A stretch of DNA of 64,000 nt from Asaia bogorensis (GTDB lineage: Bacteria > Pseudomonadota > Alphaproteobacteria > Reyranellales > Reyranellaceae): positions 14,684-78,683 of the forward strand of contig CAMDQJ010000002.1 of the NCBI GenBank assembly GCA_945905835.1. Reading direction: 5' to 3'. The notes under the pieces were generated by a model, which was not told where the DNA came from, did not search any database, and saw only the letters and a program-made list of their open reading frames with translations. This document shows, piece by piece, positions 18,221-28,032 of this stretch. Made by a program: the position numbers and the translations under genes. Numbering within the stretch: position 1 is the stretch's first letter; each line of letters starts with the position of its first letter.

Positions 18221-18634
18221 ATGTCAGTCGCAAAAACGGCATCGCTTGCAGCGGCATCGACCATCATCGCCGCTACCGCATGGGCGGCAAACGGCATCGA
18301 CGTGAAGCGCGGCGCCGACGCGTCGCTGTTCGGCAATTGCGCGCTGAGCCTGGTGGTCGAGAACAAGTCGGCCCAGACCATCGATTTCCTGCAGGTCGAC
18401 ATCGCCGTGGCGCTGAAGGGCGGCCAGGAGCGGACGATCGAACTGCGCTCGGCCTATCGCGAGGGTGTGCTCCATCCCATCGCGGCGGGCAGCACCGCCA
18501 TCCTGAAGCAGCAGCTTGACCTTTCGCCGTCGCTTGGGGCCGACTGCGGCGACGTGACCGCCCGCCGTGTCGTCAGGACGATTTGCGAAGCCGCCGGCAC
18601 GGCCTGTGCTTCGTCGGTATCCTTACAACCCTGA
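18221..18634 (+). CDS. Hypothetical small secreted protein
   Basis: Signal-peptide-like MSVAKTASLAAASTIIAATAWAANG. GGGAGG Shine-Dalgarno sequence. No recognisable domain. Confidence 0.45.
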   Translation: MSVAKTASLAAASTIIAATAWAANGIDVKRGADASLFGNCALSLVVENKSAQTIDFLQVDIAVALKGGQERTIELRSAYREGVLHPIAAGSTAILKQQLDLSPSLGADCGDVTARRVVRTICEAAGTACASSVSLQP

Positions 18635-18642
18635 GAGAATTC

Positions 18643-19611
18643 GTGAAAATCGGACGTCGCGTCGTCCTCGGCACCGCCGGGGCATCTCTGCTGGCAGAAC
18701 CTGCCACCGCGCAAAGCTACCCCAACAAGCCGTTGCGCATGATCGTGCCCTATCCGCCGGGCGGCGGCACCGACGGGCTGGGCCGCATCACCGCCGAGCG
18801 GCTGTCGGAGAAGCTCGGCCAGCCGATCGTGATCCAGAATATCGGCGGCGCCTCGAGCACCGTGGGCTCCGACGCCGTGCGCCGCGCCGATCCAGATGGC
18901 TACACCGTCCTGTTCAATGCCAGCCTGTTCGTGCTGGGCAAGACCATCATGGCAACCTGTCCTTACGACCCGCAGACCGATTTCCGGCCTATCGCCCAGG
19001 CGGGCGAGGCGCCGCTGGTGCTGCTCGTCAATCTCAACGTGCCGGGCACCGACTACGCGAGCACGATGGCGGCGATCGCCGCCGAGCCGAAGAAATACTT
19101 CTTCGCGCTGTCCTCGGGCGGCTCGGCCGGCCACATCGCCACGCTGGAATTCCTCGAGAGGACCAAGTTGCCCCTCGACACCATCCTCTACAAGGGCACG
19201 GCGCCGGCCAATGCCGATCTTCTGAGCGGCAGCGTGCAGCTCTTCATGGACCCGTGGACGGCGCTGCTGCCGCTCGCGACGTCGGGCAAAGCGCGGGCGC
19301 TGTTCGTCACTTCGAAGGAACGCACGCCGCTCGCGCCCAATATCCCGACCTCGGCCGAGGCGGGGCTGAAGGATTTCAACATCAGTTCGTGGTACGGCGT
19401 GTGGGCGCCGAAGGACACGCCCGACCCGGTCGTTGATCGTCTGGCCGCGGCGATGGCTGAAGTGTCGAAGGATCCGGCTTTCATCGCCAAGACGACCGGC
19501 CTCGGCATCGTGCCGACGGCACGCGGTCCGAAGGATTTCGCGGCGCACATCAGGTCGGAAATCGAGACCAACACCGCGCTGCTGCGCGACGCGGGTTACA
19601 AGCCGGAGTAA
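18643..19611 (+). CDS. Tripartite tricarboxylate transporter substrate-binding protein (Bug/TctC family)
   Basis: VKIGRRVVLGTAGASLL signal, then YPNKPLRMIVPYPPGGGTDGLGR, the hallmark of the Bug family. GTG start at 18643 chosen over the longer ORF start at 18583. Confidence 0.85.
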   Translation: MKIGRRVVLGTAGASLLAEPATAQSYPNKPLRMIVPYPPGGGTDGLGRITAERLSEKLGQPIVIQNIGGASSTVGSDAVRRADPDGYTVLFNASLFVLGKTIMATCPYDPQTDFRPIAQAGEAPLVLLVNLNVPGTDYASTMAAIAAEPKKYFFALSSGGSAGHIATLEFLERTKLPLDTILYKGTAPANADLLSGSVQLFMDPWTALLPLATSGKARALFVTSKERTPLAPNIPTSAEAGLKDFNISSWYGVWAPKDTPDPVVDRLAAAMAEVSKDPAFIAKTTGLGIVPTARGPKDFAAHIRSEIETNTALLRDAGYKPE

Positions 19612-20824
19612 TCGCTCTCTGGCTATCGGGCGCGCTTGAGGGCGCCTTGTGCTCGAAATTCACGCTCTCGCCGTCGGCCGCCAGTGACAATTGCACGGTG
19701 CGGCCGACGCCTCGATCCACCGTCAATGTCTCACCGTCGATACGTCCGTTCGAGTGCCGGTCGTAGCCCATGCTCAACTCGCGCTTGGGTCCGGCGCCGG
19801 GACTGTAAATGATCGTTGCCACCGTTCCGGTGACCTTCTCGACGACGGTTAACAGGTCGCGATTGTTATCGCCAAAAGTTCCTTGCCACGCACCCAGCCA
19901 GCGCGCCTCGCCGCTCGGGCCCGGTTGAGGGGGGTTGAAATTTGCCGGCAGCAGGAATTGCGGCACGGGATTGGGCGGAGGGCACACGGTCTCTGCCGCG
20001 GCAACGGGCTGTGCGGGATCGAGAAACCGCACGACGCACGGGCCGAACCATGCCGCGAACTGGCCGCTGATCGGCCCGGTTTCGTCGAACACGACGAACG
20101 GCCGGCTCGCCCCACTGAGGGCGTCGCGAAGACGTGGGCCGATGAAGCCACCTGGGGCGCTGCGGTTCGGGTGCAAATGGTCGTTGGGTGCGACCAGAAC
20201 GACGACACGACCGCTTTTCTGTGCCGCAGCGGCCTCGAGCAGATAGCGGTCGAGACTGAAATAGAGGCCGCCGACGCCGCCGCCCGCTGAACCGAGGTCG
20301 CTGCCGTGTCCGGGAGAGAACGCCAGAACGCCGTCAACGCCGCCGGCCCTGGCGTTTGCCTCGAGCGAAATCGCTCCGCCATAGGACTGCCCGGCAAGGA
20401 TCACGTTCTTGTAGCCTTAAGCGCGGGCCGACCGTACCCGTTCGATGGCATCGTCTCGATGCTTCGTGCCGGACGTCCCCCAACCCCTCTCATAAAGGTT
20501 GTTGCGGTTGATCTTGATGACATCCCATCCGGCATTAACGAATTGCTGCAAGACGATGGCGGGTGCGAATTTGTATTGTTCGCGATCGCCCGATACGCCA
20601 TGGCTCCACAAGACCAGCCCCTTGGCCGCGGCCGGCCCTTTCACCGCGACATCGCAGTAGGCGTACTCGGTCCAATAGGCGCGGCCATCGGGTGTCTGGC
20701 TGCACGCGAGGGCGGAATCGCCTCCGGGCGGTACACGAAGCGCCGGCGTTTGAGCTGACGCGAGGTCGGCGAGGGCCGAAGCGATTGCAGCAACGAGCAA
20801 GGCGATTGAAAGGAAGCGTCGCAT
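19550..20824 (-). pseudogene. Secreted alpha/beta hydrolase interrupted by an in-frame TAA
   Basis: ORF 20417..20824 (signal peptide MRRFLSIALLVAAIASALA...) ends in TAA at 20417-20419. The same frame continues GYKNVILAGQSYGG (GxSxG nucleophile elbow) into ORF 19550..20404. Confidence 0.7.
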
Positions 20825-20830
20825 CGCCCG

Positions 20831-23623
20831 CTATTCCGCCGCTTTTGCCACCGGCTCGAATCGCGCGTCGAAGGCGCGGATGGATTTCTCGACCGATTCG
20901 GCGGTCTGCTTGAGCTTGTCCTGGTTGACGACCTTGAGGCCGAACAGGTCCTTGACGTAGAACACGTCGACGGCGCGCTCGCCGTAGGTGGTGATGTGAG
21001 CCGAGGCGATCTGCAGGTTGAGCCGCGTCAGCGCGCGCGTGACGACGTGCAGGAAGCCCGGCTGGTCGCGGCCGTTGACCTCGATCACGGTAAAGGTGTC
21101 GGACGCGTTGTTGTCGACCAGAACGCGCGGCTCGACAGTGAAGACGCGGTCGCGCTTGGGCCACGAGCCGCTCTGGCTGTCGAGCTCGCGCTGGATGTCG
21201 AGGCGGTTGGAGAGCGCCAGCTCGACGCGGGCGGCGAGGCGGGCGAGCCGCTGCGGGCCGTCGAACGGCTTGCCCTCAAGGCCCTGGATCCAGAACGTGT
21301 CGAGCGCCATGCCGTTGGCCAGCGTGAAGATCTTGGCGTCGACGATGTTGGCGCCGCTGACCGCCATGGCGCCGGCGAGACGGGCGAACAGGCCGTGGGT
21401 GTCGAGCGTGTAGATGGTGATCTCGGTCACCGAGCGCTGCGGGTCGACACGATGCTCGATCGCCAGCGGCTTGCGGTCGCGTTCGGCGCGGCGCACCAGC
21501 TCGGCCTGGCGGGCCAGGGTGTCGGGATCGAACGATAGCCAGTAGGGCGTATAACCCCGGGCAAAATGCTCTTCCTTCTCGGCCTCGCTCCAGCCGGTGA
21601 GGCGCTTGGCGACCTCGGCCTGGATCGCCTTGATGCGCTCTATGCGGCCGCCGGCCAGCGTGCCGCCCGACAGCACCTGCTCGGCGGCGTAGTAGAGCTG
21701 GCGCAGGAGGGCTGCCTTCCAGCCGTTCCACACGTTGGGGCCGACGGCGCGGATGTCGCACACGGTCAGCACCAGCAGCAGCCGCAGCCGCTCGGGCGAT
21801 TGAACGAGGGCGGCGAAATCCTCGATGGTCTTGGGGTCCTGCAGGTCGCGATGGAAGGCAGTGCCCGACATGGCGAGATGATGGCGCACCAGCCAGGCGA
21901 CGGTTTCGGTTTCGGCGGCGCTGAGGCCGAGGCGCGGGCCAAGCTGTATCGCCACGTCGGCACCCAACACCGAGTGATCGCCGCCGCGGCCCTTGGCGAT
22001 GTCGTGCAGCAGCACCGAGAGATAGAGCACCGGCCGCGACAAGAGCTTGTGCACGACGTCGGAGGCCAGCGGATGCTCGTCCTTGAGCTCGCCGTATTCG
22101 ATGCGCGCGACGACGCCGATTGCGCGGATCGTGTGCTCGTCGACGGTGTAGGTGTGATACATGTCGTGCTGCGTCTGCGCCACGATGCGGCCGAAATCGG
22201 GAATGAAGCGGCCGAACACGCCGGCCTCGTTCAGCCGCCGCAGCGTCGTCTCGGGATCGTGGCGCGAGGTCATCATCTCCATGAACAGACGATTGGCCTC
22301 GGGATCCGAGCGCAGCCGGTCGAGCAGCTTGATGTTTTGCGTGATCAAACGCAGCGTCGCGGGATGGATGTCGAGGCCGTTCTCCTGCGCCACATGAAAG
22401 AGCCGCAGGATCGCCACCGGATCGTGGACGAAGGCCTCGGGCGAGACGGCGCCCAGCCGCTCGCCGTCGAGCTTGAAGCCCTCGAGCTGGCGCGGCCGCA
22501 GCGTCTGCCACAGGGCGGCGAGCTTGGGCTTGCGACGATGGCTGTCTTCCAGTGCCGCGATGAAGATGCGCGTGAGGTCGCCGACGATCTTGGCGTGCAG
22601 GTAATAGTGCTTGGTGAAGCGCTCGACGCCGCGGCTGCCCGGGCGGTCGCGGTAGCCGAGGCGGCCGGCGATCTCGCTCTGGAGATCGAACGACAGGCGA
22701 TCGTCGGCGCGGTTGGTGATGTAGTGGATGTGGCAGCGTACGGCGACCAGGAAGCGCTCGGAGCGCTCGAACTGGCGCGCTTCTTCCTTGGTCAGCACGC
22801 CCTTGTCGACGAGCTCGGCCGGGCTGTTGACGCGATAGAGGTACTTGGCGATCCAGTAGAGCGTGTGCAGGTCGCGCAGCCCGCCTTTACCTTCCTTTAC
22901 GTTGGGCTCGACGACGTAGCGCGAATCGCCCATGCGCTGGTGGCGCTGGTCGCGCTCGGCGAGCTTGGCGTCGACGAAGTCGCGGCCGTCGCCGGAATGA
23001 AAAGTGCGCGTGAAGCCCGTCATGAGCTGGTCATAGAGATCGCGCTCGCCCCACAGGTAACGGGCCTCGAGCAATGCCGTGCGGATAGTGTGGTCGCGAT
23101 CGGCGTAGCGCAGGCTTTCCTCGACGGTGCGGGTGGCGTGGCCGACCTTCAGGCCGCTGTCCCACAGCAGGTAGAGCATGTACTCGACGATCTGCTCGCC
23201 CCGGGGTGTCTGCTTGTAGGGGCGCAGGAACAGCAGATCGAGGTCGGAGAGCGGCGCCAGCTCGCCGCGGCCATAGCCGCCGGTGGCAACCAGGCCGAGG
23301 CGCTCGGCGGCCGAGGGATTGGCGGCGGGATAGACGCGGTCATTGGCGAAGTCGAAGAGGACGCGGACGATCTGGTCCATCAGGAACGAGGTCGAGGCCA
23401 GGACCATCGGCCCGTCGTTGCGCTGGGGCGTAGTCCCCTCGAAGCGCCGGCGGATCTCGGCCCGGCCCTTGGCCAGGGCCTCGCGCAGCGCCGCCAGCAC
23501 GGCAGGCCGCGGCGGTTCGTTGCCGGTCGGCATGTCCTCGACCAGGCGGGCAAGTGCCTCCTCGACGTCGCGGCGACGGATGATTGCGCGGCGGTCGGGG
23601 ATTTGATTGTAGGGTCTCGCCAT
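20831..23623 (-). CDS. glnD: Bifunctional [protein-PII] uridylyltransferase/uridylyl-removing enzyme
   Basis: Nucleotidyltransferase, HD (LLHDIAKG) and two ACT-like regions. Start taken at the internal Met, MARPYNQIPDRR (about 930 aa). The ORF extension up to 24028 is not protein-like. TAG stop. Confidence 0.9.
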   Translation of the reverse strand: MARPYNQIPDRRAIIRRRDVEEALARLVEDMPTGNEPPRPAVLAALREALAKGRAEIRRRFEGTTPQRNDGPMVLASTSFLMDQIVRVLFDFANDRVYPAANPSAAERLGLVATGGYGRGELAPLSDLDLLFLRPYKQTPRGEQIVEYMLYLLWDSGLKVGHATRTVEESLRYADRDHTIRTALLEARYLWGERDLYDQLMTGFTRTFHSGDGRDFVDAKLAERDQRHQRMGDSRYVVEPNVKEGKGGLRDLHTLYWIAKYLYRVNSPAELVDKGVLTKEEARQFERSERFLVAVRCHIHYITNRADDRLSFDLQSEIAGRLGYRDRPGSRGVERFTKHYYLHAKIVGDLTRIFIAALEDSHRRKPKLAALWQTLRPRQLEGFKLDGERLGAVSPEAFVHDPVAILRLFHVAQENGLDIHPATLRLITQNIKLLDRLRSDPEANRLFMEMMTSRHDPETTLRRLNEAGVFGRFIPDFGRIVAQTQHDMYHTYTVDEHTIRAIGVVARIEYGELKDEHPLASDVVHKLLSRPVLYLSVLLHDIAKGRGGDHSVLGADVAIQLGPRLGLSAAETETVAWLVRHHLAMSGTAFHRDLQDPKTIEDFAALVQSPERLRLLLVLTVCDIRAVGPNVWNGWKAALLRQLYYAAEQVLSGGTLAGGRIERIKAIQAEVAKRLTGWSEAEKEEHFARGYTPYWLSFDPDTLARQAELVRRAERDRKPLAIEHRVDPQRSVTEITIYTLDTHGLFARLAGAMAVSGANIVDAKIFTLANGMALDTFWIQGLEGKPFDGPQRLARLAARVELALSNRLDIQRELDSQSGSWPKRDRVFTVEPRVLVDNNASDTFTVIEVNGRDQPGFLHVVTRALTRLNLQIASAHITTYGERAVDVFYVKDLFGLKVVNQDKLKQTAESVEKSIRAFDARFEPVAKAAE

Positions 23624-23660
23624 GGCGCGGGGATAATATAGGTAACCCCGGACAGGGGCC

Positions 23661-24008
23661 ATGGAGGCAGGGTTGAAGCGGCGGAGCGTTCTCGCAGGTA
23701 TGACGCTGGTTTTGGGCGGTTTGCCGGCCTGGGCGCAGACCCGGCCGCCGGCGGCGCCGGCCCAGATCGACCTCAACAACGCGTCGCGCGACGACCTGAT
23801 GACCCTGGAGGGCATCGGCGAGGTCAAGGCCGACGCCATCATCCGGGCGCGGCCGTTCAAGGCCAAGACAGAGCTGGTCGAGCGCCGGCTGATCCCCGAG
23901 GCGCTGTACGACAAGATCGCCGACAAGGTGATGGCCCGCCCCGTGCCGGCCGCGCCGACACCCCGGCCGACGCCCGCGCCGACGCCGACCCAGCCCAAGC
24001 GCAGCTGA
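23661..24008 (+). CDS. ComEA-like helix-hairpin-helix DNA-binding protein with signal peptide
   Basis: RRSVLAGMTLVLGGLPAWA signal, DLNNASRDDLMTLEGIGEVKADAII HhH motif, Pro/Thr-rich tail. Confidence 0.7.
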   Translation: MEAGLKRRSVLAGMTLVLGGLPAWAQTRPPAAPAQIDLNNASRDDLMTLEGIGEVKADAIIRARPFKAKTELVERRLIPEALYDKIADKVMARPVPAAPTPRPTPAPTPTQPKRS

Positions 24009-24014
24009 GCGCGC

Positions 24015-25382
24015 GTGGCCGGCTCCACGATCTATGCCTTGAGCACGCCGGCGCCCACCCGGGCGTCTCCCGGCGCGCTGGCTGTCATCCGCATCAGCGG
24101 GCCGCGCGCCGACGAGGCGTTGATTTTCCTGACCGAGCCGCAGGCTTTCGAACGCGGCCGTTCAGCGCGCGATCCCGCCTTGCCTCCGCCACGCCGCATG
24201 TCGGTGCGGCCGCTGATCGATCCCGCGACGGGCGAGGAGATCGACCGCGGCCTGGTCGTGTGGTTCGTGGGACCGAACACCGAGACCGGTGAGACCATGG
24301 CCGAGCTGCACAGCCACGGCGGCCGCGCGGTCGTGGGCGCGTTGCTCGACGCGGTCGGCAAGCTCGGCTTCTGCCGCCTGGCCGAGCCCGGCGAATTCAC
24401 GCGCCGCGCCTTCGAGAACGGCAAGCTCGACCTCACCCGGGCCGAGGGCGTCGCCGACCTGGTCGCCGCCGAGACCGGCCAGCAGCGCCGCCAGGCGCTG
24501 GCCCAGATGGATGGCGCGCTGCACCGGCTCTATGAAGAGTGGCGCACGCTCGGTCTGCGCACGCTCGCTCATCTCGAAGCGGCGATCGATTTCCCCGACG
24601 AGGATCTGCCCAAAGGCATCGACCGGCGCGTCACCGGCGAGATCGTCGAGCTCGCCAAACAGATCGACTCGCACCTCGCCGACCATCGCGGCGAGCGGCT
24701 GCGTCAGGGCGTGTCGATCGCCATCGTCGGCCCACCCAATGCCGGCAAGTCCTCGCTGCTCAATCTTCTCGCGCGGCGCGACGCCGCCATTGTCGCGGAG
24801 ACAGCCGGCACGACGCGCGACGTGATCGAGGTCCATCTCGATCTCGGCGGCTGGCCGGTGACGCTGGCCGACACCGCGGGCCTTCGCGAGTCGAGCGATC
24901 CGATCGAGCTCGAAGGCGTGCGCCGCGCCCGCGCCCGCGCCGACCAGGCCGATCTTCGCCTGCTGGTGGTCGCTGCGGACGACCCGACATGGCGCGAAAC
25001 GGTCGCGTTGTGGATGCCTGAACGCACTATTTTCGTCTTGAACAAGATCGACCTGGCGGCCGGAAAGCCCGGCGATTTCAAGGGCGTTACCGTGTCGGCC
25101 AAGACCGGCGACGGTGTCCCCAAATTGCTCGAGTGTCTGCAGATCGCCGTGACCGAAGCGTTCGAATCAGGCGCCGCCGCGCCGCCGCTCACCCGGGCCC
25201 GTCACCGCGAGGCGTTGCGCGAGGCGCACGCCGCGTTGCTGCGCGCCAGGGAGGCGCCGGAGATCGCGCTCGCCGCGGAAGATCTGCGGCTCGCCATGCG
25301 CGCCATCGGCCGCATCACCGGCACCGTGCGCATCGACGAGCTGCTCGACGTAATCTTCCGCGATTTCTGCATCGGCAAGTGA
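24015..25382 (+). CDS. mnmE: tRNA modification GTPase MnmE
   Basis: IAIVGPPNAGKSSLLN G1 motif, DTAGLRE, and a C-terminal FCIGK tetrapeptide. GTG start. Confidence 0.9.
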   Translation: MAGSTIYALSTPAPTRASPGALAVIRISGPRADEALIFLTEPQAFERGRSARDPALPPPRRMSVRPLIDPATGEEIDRGLVVWFVGPNTETGETMAELHSHGGRAVVGALLDAVGKLGFCRLAEPGEFTRRAFENGKLDLTRAEGVADLVAAETGQQRRQALAQMDGALHRLYEEWRTLGLRTLAHLEAAIDFPDEDLPKGIDRRVTGEIVELAKQIDSHLADHRGERLRQGVSIAIVGPPNAGKSSLLNLLARRDAAIVAETAGTTRDVIEVHLDLGGWPVTLADTAGLRESSDPIELEGVRRARARADQADLRLLVVAADDPTWRETVALWMPERTIFVLNKIDLAAGKPGDFKGVTVSAKTGDGVPKLLECLQIAVTEAFESGAAAPPLTRARHREALREAHAALLRAREAPEIALAAEDLRLAMRAIGRITGTVRIDELLDVIFRDFCIGK

Positions 25383-25431
25383 TCGGCATGATGGCGGTGA
25401 TGCCACACGGCGCCGCCGTGGTTAGACTGAG

Positions 25432-26055
25432 GTGATGACCAAGCTCCTCATCACCCGCCACGGCCATGTCGACGGCACCCTTCCCGAACGCTTCCGCGGT
25501 CGCGCCGAGCTGGTGCTGACCGAGCGCGGCCTGGCCGAGGCCGAGGACGAGGCATTGGCACAGCGGATTGGAAAAAATTGGAAGCCAGCGGCGATCTACA
25601 CCAGCTCGCTGCAGCGCTGCGTTGTCACGGGCGGGCGCATCGCCAAGGCCTGTGGCGTCGGCACCACAACGCTCGATGGCCTGATGGATATCGACTACGG
25701 CGCCGGGTAGATGCGCATCCAGGACGAGATCAAGGACGAGGCGCCGGAGTTCTTCCAGCGCTGGCGCGCGACGCCGCAGCGCATGCGCTTTCCTGGCGGC
25801 GAATCGCTGCAGGATCTGGTGGCGCGGACGGCCGATGTGCTGCGGCTGGCGCTCGAACGGCACGCCGAGGAGACGGCCGTCCTGGCCGGCCATGACAGCG
25901 TCAATCGCGCCCTGCTGCTGCAGCTTCTGGACCAGCCGCTGTCGGCCTATTGGCGGATCGCCCAAAGCCCGCGCCGCCTGAACGAGGTCGATATCGGGCC
26001 GGGCGGCGTGCGGGTCGAGCGCGTCAACGACACGAGCCATCTCGAGCGCCCTTGA
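25432..26055 (+). pseudogene. Histidine phosphatase (phosphoglycerate mutase) family protein with an in-frame TAG
   Basis: LLITRHGH catalytic motif in ORF 25432..25710. TAG at 25708-25710. The same frame continues MRIQDEIKDEAPEFFQRW...VLAGHDSVNRALL in ORF 25711..26055. Confidence 0.75.
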
Positions 26056-26079
26056 CCCGCTAGCTCCGATCAACGACTT

Positions 26080-26105
26080 AAGGCCCGCGATGCAGCGGGC
26101 CTTTT
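26080..26105 (+). terminator. Terminator-like hairpin whose loop contains the mnmG ATG
   Basis: AAGGCCCGC-GATGCA-GCGGGCCTT followed by TT(C), 25 nt after the phosphatase stop. Confidence 0.4.
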
Positions 26106-27997
26106 CATATGACGTGATTGTCGTCGGCGGTGGCCATGCCGGCTGCGAAGCCGCGGCTGCGGCGGCGCGGCTGGGGGCCAAAACCCTGCTGCTGACCCAT
26201 CGCCTCGATACGATCGGCGAAATGTCCTGCAATCCGGCCATCGGCGGGCTGGGCAAGGGCCATCTGGTGCGTGAGATCGATGCCCTGGACGGCGTCATGG
26301 GCCGCGCCATCGACCGTGCCGGCATCCAGTTTCGCACCCTCAATCTCTCAAAGGGCCCGGCCGTGCGCGGGCCGCGCGCGCAGGCCGATCGCAAGCTCTA
26401 CCGGCAGGCCATGCAGACGATTTTGGCGGAGCAGGCGAACCTCGAAATCCGTGCCGATGCGGTGGCAGACGTTATCTCGGGGACACGCGGAACGTGTATC
26501 GGCGTCGTGACTGAGTCGGGTGCGGAAATTGCCGCGGGGCGTGTCGTCCTGACGACGGGAACCTTCCTCCGAGGCCTGATCCACCTGGGTGAAACCAAGA
26601 TCCCGGCAGGACGCGCGCGCGGCCAGCGCGACGGCACGCCGGCCGATATCGCAGCCGATGCGGTCGAGGAACCATCGACACGACTCGCGCTTACGTTGCA
26701 GCGCTTCGGCTTCGCCTTGGGGCGTCTCAAGACCGGCACGCCGGCGCGTCTCGACGGCCGTACGATCGACTACAGCGGCCTCACCGCCCAGGCGGGTGAT
26801 ACCCCGCCGCTGCCCTTCTCCTACCTCACCGACAAGATCACGACGCCGCAGATCGATTGCCACATCACCGAGACCACACCGGCCACGCATGCGCTGATCC
26901 GCGCTAACCTGCACCGCTCGCCGATGTATTCCGGCCAGATCGAAAGCATTGGCCCGCGCTACTGCCCGTCGATCGAGGACAAGGTCGTGCGCTTTGCCCA
27001 GCGCGAGCGGCACCAGATCTTCCTGGAGCCCGAAGGCCTCGACGACCCGACGGTCTACCCCAACGGGATCTCGACCTCCCTACCGCGCGAAGTGCAGGCC
27101 GCGATGTTGCAGACCATTCCGGGGCTGGAGCATGCCGTTATGCTGCGGCCGGGGTATGCCATCGAATACGATCATATCGACCCGCGCGAGCTACTGCCGA
27201 CCTTGGAGACCCGCCGGGTGCCGGGCCTCTACATGGCCGGCCAGATCAACGGCACGACCGGTTACGAGGAAGCGGCGGCTCAAGGGCTGATGGCTGGCCT
27301 GAACGCTGCCTTGGCGGCCGCCGGATCGTCGCCCTTCCAGGTCGACCGCGCGGACGGCTATCTCGGCGTCCTGATTGACGATTTGGTCAGTCTGGGCGTC
27401 ACCGAGCCCTACCGCATGTTCACCTCGCGGGCGGAATACCGGCTGTGGCTGCGGGCCGATAATGCCGACCAGCGCCTGACACAGCGCGGCATCGATATCG
27501 GCTGCGTCAGCACCCGCAGAGCGGAAATGTTTCACGTGAAACAATTCACCCTCAATTCTGCGGGAAATCTGGCCAAGACCTTTACGGCTTCGCCGTCCTG
27601 GCTGGCCAAGCAGGGAATTCCCATCAACCAGGATGGTATCGTCCGTAACACCTTGGAATTGCTGGCCTATCCGGATATTACCTGGACCCGGCTGGCGGCC
27701 CTATGGCCCGAATTGGCCACCATCCCTAGTGAGGCGGCTGAACAGCTCAGCATCGACGCCCGCTACGAGGGCTATCTTGGGCGCCAGCGTGAAGACATCG
27801 CCGCCTACCGCCGTGACGAGGCGCTCGATCTGCCACTCGACCTCGATTACGGCGCGATCGGCAGCCTGTCGAACGAAGTCCGGCAAAAGCTTACGGCCCA
27901 CAAGCCCAAGAATCTCGGCCAGGCGGCCCGGATTTCCGGCGTGACGCCTGCGGCGCTGGTGGCCCTGCTGAAGTACGTCCGCCGCCGCGCGGCCTAG
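26090..27997 (+). CDS. mnmG: tRNA uridine 5-carboxymethylaminomethyl modification enzyme MnmG (GidA)
   Basis: [19 protein letters not shown] motif, 635 aa, TAG stop. Confidence 0.95.
   Translation: MQRAFSYDVIVVGGGHAGCEAAAAAARLGAKTLLLTHRLDTIGEMSCNPAIGGLGKGHLVREIDALDGVMGRAIDRAGIQFRTLNLSKGPAVRGPRAQADRKLYRQAMQTILAEQANLEIRADAVADVISGTRGTCIGVVTESGAEIAAGRVVLTTGTFLRGLIHLGETKIPAGRARGQRDGTPADIAADAVEEPSTRLALTLQRFGFALGRLKTGTPARLDGRTIDYSGLTAQAGDTPPLPFSYLTDKITTPQIDCHITETTPATHALIRANLHRSPMYSGQIESIGPRYCPSIEDKVVRFAQRERHQIFLEPEGLDDPTVYPNGISTSLPREVQAAMLQTIPGLEHAVMLRPGYAIEYDHIDPRELLPTLETRRVPGLYMAGQINGTTGYEEAAAQGLMAGLNAALAAAGSSPFQVDRADGYLGVLIDDLVSLGVTEPYRMFTSRAEYRLWLRADNADQRLTQRGIDIGCVSTRRAEMFHVKQFTLNSAGNLAKTFTASPSWLAKQGIPINQDGIVRNTLELLAYPDITWTRLAALWPELATIPSEAAEQLSIDARYEGYLGRQREDIAAYRRDEALDLPLDLDYGAIGSLSNEVRQKLTAHKPKNLGQAARISGVTPAALVALLKYVRRRAA
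27528..27543. promoter_or_regulatory. parS centromere-like site (inside the mnmG coding sequence)
   Basis: Perfect TGTTTCACGTGAAACA, matching the parS consensus TGTTNCACGTGAAACA. Confidence 0.8.
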
Positions 27998-28000
27998 AAA

Positions 28001-28016
28001 TGTTTCACGTGAAACA
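28001..28016. promoter_or_regulatory. parS centromere-like site (mnmG-rsmG spacer)
   Basis: Perfect TGTTTCACGTGAAACA embedded in the 22-bp palindrome AAATGTTTCACGTGAAACATTT. Confidence 0.85.
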
Positions 28017-28032
28017 TTTTTCCTGCCCATAA

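Noticed and set aside
21566-23641. Very long ORFs antisense to or overlapping real genes (for example 21566..23641, 2193..3293, 10998..12065, 12078..13124, 41804..43198, 37946..39679 and 61440..63245).
   Set aside because: These are typical shadow ORFs of GC-rich DNA. Their translations are Arg/Ala/Gly/Pro-rich and low-complexity with no motifs, while the opposite or alternative frame encodes a recognisable conserved protein.
28000-28032. The palindrome region read as the RsmG N-terminus, either MFHVKHFSCP in the rsmG frame or the classic VSRET motif in another frame.
   Set aside because: The MFHVKH reading hits TAA at 28030-28032, immediately before the rsmG ATG. The VSRET reading is out of frame with the rest of rsmG. 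The sequence is the parS palindrome, which encodes VSRET/FHVK-like peptides on both strands by symmetry.
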